This document shows, one piece after another, positions 52,900-64,000 of a DNA stretch of 64,000 nt (position 1 is its first letter; every line of letters starts with the position of its first letter). Source of the stretch: Octopus sinensis (taxonomy: Eukaryota); assembly GCF_006345805.1 (NCBI RefSeq), contig NC_043014.1:31868001-31932000 (forward strand), in the 5' to 3' direction. Made by a program: the position numbers and the translations under genes. The notes beneath the pieces were generated by a model. It did not search any database. It had not been told where the DNA came from and was given only the letters and a program-made list of their open reading frames with translations.

Positions 52900-53203
52900 C
52901 ATAGGAAATGTACTTGCATAGCAAGTGATTTGATCTGAGATCGTGTGTTGAAACGAAAGCAATTGCAGCGTGGAAGGTGTTTGTAAGCCATTTAAGAAAC
53001 ACACAAAAGTCGTTCGATTCACTTCAACATTTAAGTTTAATTTGTCAAAATATTTTCGTCGCATTAAGACCACGACCTGTTCACTGACAAAAATCCGTGA
53101 ACAGATGCAGCACTCACTTAAATTAAACTTAAATGTTGAAGTGAATCGAACGGCTTTTGTGTGTTTCTTAAATGACTTGCAAACCCCTTCCACGCTGCAA
53201 TTG
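52900..53203. mobile_element. Hairpin element, family E: 84-bp inverted arms with an HHR in the loop
   Basis: 52960-53043 versus 53120-53203, four mismatches; TA runs on both flanks. Confidence 0.75.
53041..53091 (-). ncRNA. Type I hammerhead motif, family E, with G3-C8 swapped core
   Basis: tttgtca-GTGAACA-g-gtcgtg-gtcttaa-tgcgac-GAA-AATATT-T-tgacaaa; 7-bp stem I, 6-bp stem II, palindromic stem III. Confidence 0.65.
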
Positions 53204-53260
<57 letters not shown>

Positions 53261-55158
53261 CATATACATATGTGTGTGTATATGTATGTATATATGTATA
53301 TATATGTACATATATATATATATACATACATGCAAACACATCTATCTATATACACACACACATATACAGACAAACACATATACATATATATATAAATACA
53401 TATACATATGTGTGTGTATATGTATGTATATATGTATATATATGTACATATTATATATATATACACATACATATTTATAGATATATATATACACATACAT
53501 ACAAACACATAGAAGTGCACAACAACATCATCATCATCATCCACAACAACAACAACAACCACAATAACAACAGCCCTTATACACACTTAACAACAGAATA
53601 TACAGATGCAATATAACACAACCCTCTACATCTAACATCTAAACTCACTTGTAAGGTGTACATGTGGGCATCTCGCCTGTCAATATGTGTAGTTACATGC
53701 AGCAAAAATGCCACATATATGCACATGCGTACATATATCGCTTAATATAAAATTAGTACTGCAGCTGCAGTCCAGGCTGCAGTGCAGTAGGAAATGCATG
53801 AATAGGGTCTAATTTCATTGAGTTAAGTGCAGCTGATTGCTTAACAGGCTAAATGGTGCATTAGCTACATCAGTTATACAGTTTTGTCTGCAGCAATAGT
53901 AATTTCAATAGAAAATAGAGTTATGTAGTGCTGTAACAAATGGTTGCGTATGTATAATTATGCCTCATGTAATCAGGACAAATTTACTTCATCTGTTGGT
54001 GGTGATAATGATAGCGGTGGAGGTGGTAGTTGTTGTTGGTGGTGGTGGTGGTGGTGGTAGTAGATGTATAGGTAATATAGGTGATGATGATGATGATAAT
54101 GATGGTGGAGACAGTGTTGTTGGTCTTCTTTGTGTTGTGGTTGTTGTTGTTGTTGTTGTTAGTAGTATTGTTGTTGATGTTGATGGTGTGTGGTGGTAGC
54201 AGGGCTAGTGCGAGTGTTGGTGATGACAATGATAATTATGATGATGATGATGATGATGATAATAATAATGATGGTCTGATGATGGTGGTGGTGGTGTACT
54301 TGATATTGTCGTTGCTGTTGCTGTTGTTGTTAAGCAACAAGACGGGTAAGGGTGATTAGGTGATGGTTGAGGGATTAGGGTCGGGAGACCCCAGACCTTG
54401 GAAAAGAAAAAACTTTGGTTGTCTTGTTGTAGTCGAGGGCTCTTCGTTGATGCCTGACACCACTGGGAGGCCCTTGAAGTCGCTGGAAAGGAGATCTCCA
54501 GGTCCAAATTCTTGAACGGCTACTACTGCTGTTGATGTTGATGCTGGTAGTAGTAAGGTATTAATGCTGGTGATGATGATTATGATGATGTCAGTGGTGG
54601 CAATGATGGTGTTGGTGATGGTGATGATGGTGGTGGTGCTGATAATAATGCTGCTCCGATTTGTGGTGGTGGTGATGGTGTTAGTGATTTTAATGATGAT
54701 GGAGGTATTGGTGGAGGCAATGATAGTGATGATGTTGGTGACAGTAACAGTGATGGTAGTGGTGGTGGTGGTGGTTTTGGTGTTGTTGTTATTGTCATTG
54801 TTATTCTAGTATTCTGTTAGTTATGATGACAAGTGTTCCAGGTGATCCAATCAGTGAAACAGCCTACTCATGAAATTCCTGTGCATGTGGCTGAGAACTC
54901 CACAGTCACGCATACACAGATTCAGTGTGACACAGAGTGTGACAAGGCTGGCTCCCTTGAATTACCGGTACCACTCATTTTTGCCAACTGTGTGGACTGG
55001 AGCAATGTGAAATAAAGAGCCTTTCTCAAGGACATAATATGCTGCCAAGAATTGAACTCACAACCTTACAATTGTGAGCTGATTATCCTAACCACAAAGC
55101 CATACACCTTCACTTTGTTGTTATCATTGCTGATAATATTGTTATTTATGCTGATTAG

Positions 55159-55455
55159 TGTGGAGGCGCAATGGCCCAGTGGTTAGGGCAGTGGACTCGC
55201 GGTTGGAGGATCGCGATTTCGATTCCCAGACCGGGCGTGTGTGTGTTTATTGAGCGAAAACACCTAAAGCCCCATGAGGCTCCAGCAGGGGTTGGTGGCG
55301 ACCCCTGTTGTACTCTTTCACAACAACTTTCTCTCACTCTCTCTTCCTGTTTCTTGAGTAATGCTGAGATGGACTGGCGTCCCGTCCAGCTGGGGTGAAC
55401 ACATACGCCACAGAAACCGGGAAACCAGGCCCATGAGCATAGCTAAGCTTGAAAC
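55159..55455 (+). mobile_element. SINE S3-related copy
   Basis: tRNA-like head plus GATGGACTGGCGTCCCGTCCAG V-like core. Confidence 0.8.
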
Positions 55456-57152
55456 CGGTGCATAAAAATAATGTTGATAGTAATGGTCATTTTTTGGTTT
55501 AATGCTGGAGATAATGCTGCCCTTGTTGTTTGTGGTGGTGTTGATGTTGGTGTTGGTGGTCTTGTTGGTGTTCTTGGTATCATTGTTGTTGTTATGGTTC
55601 TGTTAGTGGTAGGCTTATTGTTGTTGCTGGTGATAATGCTGCTGCTGTTGATAGTGATGATGACAATGATGGTATTGGTGCCTCTATATTGCAAGTGATG
55701 ACATGGCAAGCTGGTAGAAAAGTTAACAAGCTGGACAAAATGCTTCACAGCATTTTGCCTGGCGTGCTAACGAAACAGCCAGCTCACTGCCTTATAATGA
55801 TAATTCTTTCTACTATAGGTGCAGGAGTCGCTGTGTGGTAAGTAGTTTGCTCGCCAACCATCTTTTGGGGTCGATAAAAACCAGCTCCCCCACCACAAAT
55901 TTCAGGCCTTGTGCCTATAGTGCAAAGGATTATTAATAACAAGGCAAGTTGGTAGAATTGTTCTGACACAAAACAAAATGCTAAGGGGCATTCCATCCAG
56001 TTCTTTACATTCTGAGTTCAAATACCACTGCAGTAGACTTCGCCTTTTATCATTCGGGTGTCAAGTACTAGAGCCCATATAAGGGACTTGACTCATTCCC
56101 TTAAAAATTCACTGACCTTGTACTAATTAGAAACCTAATATTATTGGCTTCAAATCTTGGTGGCACAAGGCTAGCAATCTCAGAGGATTATATTGATTAC
56201 ATTGGTTTAACAGGTACTTATTTTATTGACCCCAAAGGACGACAAAAGGTAAGTCAACTGCAGTAAAATTTAAATTCAGAATGTAAAGCATTTTGCATGG
56301 CAATGCTAATGATTCAGCTAGAAACCTGCTATTATTTATGATAATACTCCTGTGTTTTTTTTCTGTCACAACATATGAATGAGAAAGGAACGAGTGATAA
56401 ATGAATAAGGAAGGAAGGGGTGATGGCAAACTGGTTGTGGGAGCATATATGTATGTATGTGTGTGCATGTACAAGGGAATTATGTGAATGTTTGTGTGTG
56501 TGAACCAGTGTTCTTTCAGAGCAAGCAATGATCGATGTCACATCTCAAAAGATAACCACAAGATAACATTGACAAGTGTATTAATTTGATTTACCCTCCA
56601 TATTTTGATGGCATGGGGCCAGCTAGTTATTTATAATAAGGAAAGCTGTTATAATCGTTATCACATTGGACAAAATGCTTAACGGTGGTTCTTCCTGTTC
56701 TTTATGTTCTGAGTCGAAAAAGATTTGCCTTTCATCAATAAAATAAATACCAGTTGTGCACTGGGGTCAATGTAATCAACAAGAACTTTCTCCCTGAAGT
56801 TCAAGCTTTGAGCCTATAGTAGAAAGAATTAATATCATCATTAATAATTACTATTTGGGTTATTATTTGTATTTCTTACCATCACAACTGCCACCATGCT
56901 GTTGTTGACATCTTTATCATCTTCGTTGCAATTACTATCAGTATCATTATTATCTTAATCATTATCATCATCATCATCACCATCATTATCCTTCTCCTCC
57001 TCTCCCCTCTTCCTCTTACCTCCTCCTCCTCCTCCTCCTCCTTATTGATGATTACAATCATTATCATCATTACTATCATCATATCTCTCGTTATTATCAT
57101 CGTTATCTTCTTCCTCGTTGTCGCTGTAATCGTCATCATCATCGTCGTCATC

Positions 57153-57183
<31 letters not shown>

Positions 57184-57992
57184 CTATCCTTCTCCTCTCC
57201 TCTCTTCCTCTTACACCCTCCGCCTCCTCCTCCCCCTCCTTATTGATCATTACAATGATTATCATCATTACCATCATCATATCTCTCATTATCATCATCA
57301 TTGTTATCCTCCTCCTCGTCGCTGTTGTGGTCGTCATCATCATCATCATTATCATCATCATCATCATCATCATCATAATCATTTCTCACTGGAAAAGTGA
57401 GAGGAGAAAGATATTTCTAATGTAATTTTCATTGCCAGAAAGCCAACACTTGCCATAATTGATTCCACATCTCCAAGTGTGAAACTGTTATTATATTTAC
57501 TCTCTCTCACACACACACACACATACACACACACTTGCACACATACACACTCATACACACACACACACCCACACTCACGCCCCCACACACTCATACATAC
57601 ACACCTACACACACACATGCACACACACACACATGCACACACACACATGTACACACACACATGCACACACACACACACATGCAAACACACATACATACAC
57701 ACACAAATGCATGCATGCACACACATGCACACACATACACATACAAGGAGAGAAGACAGTAAGAGAATAAGTCAAAATGGTGATAAAAAGCTCACCAAAA
57801 AATTTCAAATTGTAATGCTAAAAAAAATTAAATAAACACCAATAAAATCAAGAAGAAATTTAATAAAAATATAAAAGGGAAGTCATATTTTTTTGTCATC
57901 AAATATTTCTTTGTTTGCATTGCTCTTATCATCATCATCATCATCATCACCACCATCATCATCAGCCACCACTGTCTTCATCATCGCCATCG

Positions 57993-58030
<38 letters not shown>

Positions 58031-58170
58031 GTCGTCGTCATCGTCATCATCATCATCATCATCATCACCACCACCACCACCACTCCCCCCCACCACTAGC
58101 CACCACTGTATTTGTCATCATCCTTCCTCATTATCACCATCATCATCTTCATCATTGTCGTTATAATCAA

Positions 58171-58205
<35 letters not shown>

Positions 58206-59167
58206 CTACTATCATCATGCTTATCCTCATTGTTGTCATCATCATCATCTCTGCTGTTGCTGTTGTCACCACCACCACCTCCTCCTCCTCCACCACCGCC
58301 ACCACCATACCACCACTACCACCATCATCACCACCATCATCACCACTACTATCCTCCATTACTGCCAGCACCCCCCCCCCATGTTGTATCGTTATTTACA
58401 AATCCTAGTGTTATTATTTTCTGGAATGTGCCTATGTCTACCTTTTTAGGTAATCTGTCTGTGTCCTCCCAGAAAGGGGTTGTGTATCATTCCATCTGTA
58501 ATAATTGCATACAAAGTGAAGGACACATTCCATAGCAATTTTCATCATCATTCTCATCACTACCATCATCATCATCATCGTCATCGTCATCATTGTCGTC
58601 ATCATCGTTGTCGTCGTTGTCATCATCATCATCATCACTCGAAAGGTTCTTGAATAAGGTTTGTTTAAGGTTTGTTTGAATAAGGTTTGTTTAACAAAAC
58701 ACCCTTGTTTCCAGAGGGAAATTATTCAAACCCCACCAAATTCCTCTCAACAGATGGCTACAATGCTCCCCCCACTACTACTGCTCATGACCAGAGATGC
58801 ACATATCGTCAGCCACTAAGGGACATGCTCAACTGGTTAAGGTCAAGCAACTGACAACCAAATCTGTGGTATTGAGCAGAATATTTGCTGTAGCCCATCT
58901 TTTATATCAAAACAAAACAATGTATGTGATAACACTTCCAATCAGTTAAGATCAGAAGCCACGAGAACCAGTGCCTGGTATTACATCATGGTATCATCAT
59001 AGTCACCATAATCATTATAATAAATAATAAAAATGAAAACAACAACAATAATAATCCTTTCTACTAATGGAACAAAACTTAAAATTTAGAGGGAGGGGAC
59101 TAGTTGTTTACATCAACCCCCAGTACTTCACTGATACTTATTTTATTGACCCCGGAAGGATGAAAAG

Positions 59168-59402
59168 GCATTGTTTTAGTCTTCAGGTTCCACATTTTGC
59201 TGATTTCTATTTCAAAATATTTATACTTGCTCAGTTTTTGGTAGGTCTTGACAGATACGTTTATATCGATGGGGACAGTCATATCAATGAGGAGGCATGA
59301 TTTTTGTCTGAAGTCTTTTAATATGTCTGGCCTATTTGCATCTACCTTTCTGTCAGTTTGAATGGTGAAGTTCCAGAGGAGTGAGATGTGATCATTTTCC
59401 AG
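59168..59402 (-). mobile_element. R4/Dong-clade LINE endonuclease fragment
   Basis: ENDHISLLWNFTIQTDRKVDANRPDI...LLIDMTVP...QKLSKY (PD-D-K motif). Confidence 0.8.
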
Positions 59403-59406
59403 CATC

Positions 59407-59455
<49 letters not shown>

Positions 59456-59657
59456 TATTATTAGTATTAGTATTATTATTATTATTGAGTGAGGGAGCAG
59501 TGTATGCCATCAAAGTGATACTGGGGTGAAAGTATACCCATCATGACTACCTGTCTGATAAGGTTACACTAGGCATATGCATCAAAATAAAACAATGTAC
59601 ATGATAACAGTTAAGATCAGAAGCCATGAGAGCCACTGCCTGGTACTGCATAAGGGC

Positions 59658-59693
<36 letters not shown>

Positions 59694-59728
59694 CATTATT
59701 ATTATTATTATCATTATTATTATTATTC

Positions 59729-61050
59729 TATGTTTGACTTTTGCTTTACATTTGTACAAGTTGGCTCCAAATCTCACCCAGAGACCTCAAGAGACAACAA
59801 GCTGGAAGTTCATGTTGGTGTTATGCTCAGGGTGCCATATATTTGGTTTTGTACTTAGTGTTGTACTAGTGAATGTCTAAAAAACCATACGAAAATTATG
59901 TTTGTTATAAAACTTGAGATTACATAGAAAGTATTTTGTGTAGGATATGAGCAGTTTCCATGAGCACTATCTTTTGAATTTCTGCCATTATTATTATTAT
60001 CATTATTATTATTATGTAAGGCAGTGAGCTGGCTGAATCGTTAGCATGCCAGGCAAAATGCTCAGTGGTATTTCTTCTAACTCTTTTTATTTGAAACTCA
60101 GATCTTACTGAGATTGGTTCGCCTTTCATCTTTTGTTGGGCTGATAAAATATGTACTAGTTGAACACAGTGGTCAATATAATCAATTAGTCTCCTCCCCT
60201 AAAACTGCTGGCCTTATACCAACGTTATTATTAATCGACATTTGATAGTTTCAGGCAGATTTCAACTGCATCACCTGCTACCACACCCTGTTGCTGAGAT
60301 CTGTACTGCATTTTGTGTTCTTTTCATTGTTGGGGGAGTGCAAACTCTTTCCAGTATTGTATTGAAAGTGCTTTACGTAGGATGTGTGCAGTGCCTAGTA
60401 GTGCTATTTTCTACATGCTATATACATTTGTAAGTCCTGGTGTTTTGATTATGTATTTGTCTGAATGTTTTTAATCATACCTAATGCACCTATTATTATA
60501 AGAATTGCTTCTATTTTTGGACTCCACATTCGAGTTACCTCTATTTTCAGATTTTGTATTTTGAGAGTTTCTTTATTTCTTTTAGAGATACCTTGTCTCT
60601 GTTGGTATTGATACATTGATTCAAAGGCATTTTTTTCTTCATGATCTCTGACAACTACATCTGGTCTATTAGCCTTGATTTCTCTATCTGTGTGCATTGG
60701 CATACCCCAGAATATAGTTACTTTCTCTTTTTCTGAGGCCTTTTCTTGGGTGTGCCTACACTATCTTTTTTCTGTTGTTATTCCATAGTGTTGGCATAAC
60801 TCCCAATGTAACTAAGTCCCAACTCTGTCATGTCTGTGGATATATTCCTTCTTAGCCAGGACTGGGAAGCCAGAAACAATATGGTTTCTTGTTTCTTTCC
60901 CACCACCACATTCTGCAGTTACTTATATTATTTTCCATTATGTGTTTTTGATGATTTCTGGTGGGAAGGCTTTGATCTTGTGCTACAATTAAAAATCCTT
61001 CAGTCTCTTTGATTCCTGAGCTTCTCTGCCATTGTTGGCATTTTACTTTG
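59729..61050 (-). mobile_element. R4/Dong-clade LINE fragments (59729-59985 and about 60240-61050) separated by (TAA)n and an S2 SINE
   Basis: TDREIKANRPDVVV; IEVTRMW...IIIGALG; EIQKIVLMETAHILHKILS*; bounded by (TAA)n. Confidence 0.75.
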
Positions 61051-61052
61051 TC

Positions 61053-61095
<43 letters not shown>

Positions 61096-61849
61096 TGTAT
61101 TTGAATTTCATAGAGCAAAGATGTGTTTTTGGTTCTCCCTTCAAGAAATATTTTATTTAAACATTACTAAATGAGGTTGTCTTTGGAGTACTTCTAAAAA
61201 TGAGCCATAACAGTATAATGAAGTGCTGCCCTCAATGCAAAGTTTTAGAGAAAAATAAAAAACAAGAACAGGTTTGTTTCACAAACTTTAGAAATTTTAT
61301 TAACACACATTACATTATCACAACCAAAATGGTTACTACGTACTATCATGCTACAAAACTGGACACTACAATGACCAAAACAAGAACACAAAATTAAAAC
61401 ACAAAACTAAGTATCCAAGAGAGAGAAGAAAAAGAACAGTATCTTTTATTTGCTTCATTAGATTGTGACCATGTTTTGAAGAACTTTTAGACAAATGAAT
61501 CGACCCCCAGTACTTTTTTTTATTTAAAGCTTGGTACTTACTCTATCAATCTCTTTTGCCAAACTGCTATGTTACGGAGATGTAAACACACTAACACCAC
61601 CTATTAAGTGGTGGTGATGGACAAACACAGATACAAAGACAAACACACACACACACACACACAGATACACAGGCACACATATATATGATGGGCTTCTTTC
61701 AGTTTCCATCTACCAAATCCACTCACAAGGCATTGGTCAGCCCATAGCTACAGTGGAAACATTTGACCAACGTGCCATGCAGTGGGACTGAACCCAGAAC
61801 TATGTAGTCAGGAAGCAAGCTTCTTACCACACACCTCGCCTCTGCCTAT

Positions 61850-63424
61850 TGAACAATAAAAATAATTTAGAAGAATAAATAATTTGGAAGAAATGCATCA
61901 ATGACAGTAGTAACTCATGTGATTCCAAATACTGCAGACCATTCTTATAACAGCTGTACAATGGTAAACCTTCCTTCAATGCAAAATGAAAATATTGAAT
62001 TTTTTTATCTATCACAGTTACAAGGAAAATATGTAGATAGATGGATCTTGTGAAACCAAATGGCATTTTTGTGTCATAGCAGAGAGCAAAGAGAAAAATT
62101 AGATATCTTTACTTGCAACTGATGGAAGCAATTTAAACTCTCTCTTATGTCAAGCTGTACAGTAGGCTATCCAGGTCATATCAGTAACACATATATCACA
62201 TTAGTAAAAGGCAAAATCTCTGGCACTATCTGCTGCGCCTATAATATGAAAGACACAACCAACACACAGGTTACAATTGTTATACATCCCTCTGACTGTA
62301 CATTTGTGCTCCAGTACATGGACCAAAGAAACTCAAGAGGCACAATAAAAGACATCAGATACAATGTAGATCCAGTAGTAAGGAAATGAAGAAAAACATG
62401 CAAACTTGAGAGAAACTCAGAATTTGTATGAAGAGACAGCAAGAAAGCCACACATTGGTAGTGGCCCAGAATCTTTGGAGAAAATGGGTAGGAGAACACC
62501 AACATGTTGGTTTCAAATTTTGGTAGACAGTCAGTGATTTCAGGGAAAAGGATACATCGATCCCATTGTTCAACTGGTACTTATTTTACTGATGCTGAAA
62601 GGATGAAAGACAAAGTTGACCCTGGTGACATTTGGACTCAGAACATAAAGTTAGAAGAAATACCAATAAACATTATTCTTAGTGTAGTAACGATTCTTTC
62701 AGCATGCTGCCTTGGAGAACACTAGCATATTGGTGCCTGTGAGTTAAGAGCTGGGACAAGTTAAAATTACTACACATTTTCAAATGTAAGAATGCTTGAG
62801 AAAGATATGGAGTGACATGGATTTCAGTTGAGCTGGGCAACATGGCAGTATTAAAGTGCAAAATTTTTCTCAGAATCACATGTTTTGAAGTACTTTTTAT
62901 CCCGTGCTGGAGCAAACATTTTGCTCTCATTTCTACTCAAATGAACAGATGATGATGAAAATAAGAGTTGGATGTTACACCAGAATTGCGCATCAGGTGA
63001 ACAGTGGTATGTGTTGTCCTTGAGGGAGGGCATATGCTCCTGTTAGTAAAAAGACTCCAGAAAAATTGTCAAGCATTGCATTGATTGTCCTAATCCAGGT
63101 AAACCAGATAACTTGGAGAGAATTCAGTACCTAATAGAGCTCCCAAATAAGTACCAAACTGCATGTTATGACACAAAACAGAAGACCTATGTATCACATA
63201 TAGTTGCATTTGAGAGCTCTCTGTCCATAACAACAGAAGACAAACTGTTTGAAAATAATGAAGAGCTTAGTAAAAAGATAAACAAGCATTCCATCATTAA
63301 GTTTGTATGTTGAATATCAATCAACGTAAAATTTCGATGGACAGTTTGAAATTAAACAGAAAGTTTTTTGTTAAAGAACCAAGGGCCATCTCAGGCTGTG
63401 ATACTAGGGCTGGTTACAAAAGGG
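61850..63424 (+). mobile_element. Possible highly decayed piggyBac-like element
   Basis: Ends AAAAGGG|TTAA; scattered Cys motifs (KHCIDCP); no intact frame. Confidence 0.3.
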
Positions 63425-63627
63425 TTAAAACATGGAAGACAATAATATAGGGTTAAGATGAAAACAGAGTGATACAGTTCAATGAAAAAGTATGTAGTTT
63501 TTTGAATGGGCATGTATATGTGTATATGTTATATATATATAATAATATGAATAATATATAAATATATGCATATATATATACACATATATGTACATACCTA
63601 CATATATATGTATATATATACATGCAT

Positions 63628-63962
63628 ATATGGGTACAGGACATCAAAAAAATGTTGAACACAATGAGAAATGAAAACATAAAAACAAAAACATCAAAAA
63701 CAAACTTTTTTTGAACAACGAAAAACACAGACAGAGAAACGAGACAGGCAACATAAATATATTCCCCTTCATCAGTTGTCCCTGTTTCATCTACTCTGTG
63801 TTTCGAAGGTAAGGACAATACGCGACTTCGTTCAAACAGTCCTTCAGGCAAAGCAAATTAAATAAAATTGGGGATTTTTTGTGGAGGGTGAATGGGGTAA
63901 CAAGAACAGGACAGTGAGAACAAGACAGTAAAAGCAAACGGTTAGGGCTGTTAAGTCAAGAC
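63628..63962 (-). repeat. Probable Penelope-type terminal-repeat fragment
   Basis: Lies between TA-rich and (TCTA)n tracts; strand-asymmetric composition like 45343-45600; contains HHR core words in permuted order. Confidence 0.35.
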
Positions 63963-64000
63963 GATCTATCTATCTATGTATCTATCTATCTATCTATCTA

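Noticed and set aside
59600-59660. Possible HDV-like ribozyme at the end of a (TAA)n-flanked repeat
   Set aside because: Could not build the nested double pseudoknot by eye.

Overview
AT-rich eukaryotic intronic/intergenic DNA, saturated with microsatellites and interspersed repeats. The repeat complement looks like an octopus (cephalopod) genome; this is an inference from pattern recognition, not a database result. No intact host gene is evident, and nearly all ORFs in the supplied track are low-complexity artefacts. Recognisable content: several tRNA-derived SINE families, decayed Tc1/mariner, hAT, piggyBac-type and Helentron-type DNA elements, CR1, RTE and R4/Dong LINE fragments, an RPS25 retrocopy fragment, a 5S rRNA pseudogene, and a 5'-truncated Penelope-like element with an uninterrupted 349-codon RT-thumb/GIY-YIG frame. 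The most notable signal is a set of nine minimal type I hammerhead-ribozyme (HHR) motifs from five unrelated sequence families. All lie in short elements embedded in (TA)n runs, mostly within long inverted repeats. They include a tandem pair that could release a 355-nt hairpin-rich monomer, a 165-bp palindrome with HHRs on both strands, and a G3-C8 compensatory core variant with an adjacent anti-core hairpin. All folds were done by eye and no activity has been shown. Repeat coordinates are approximate.
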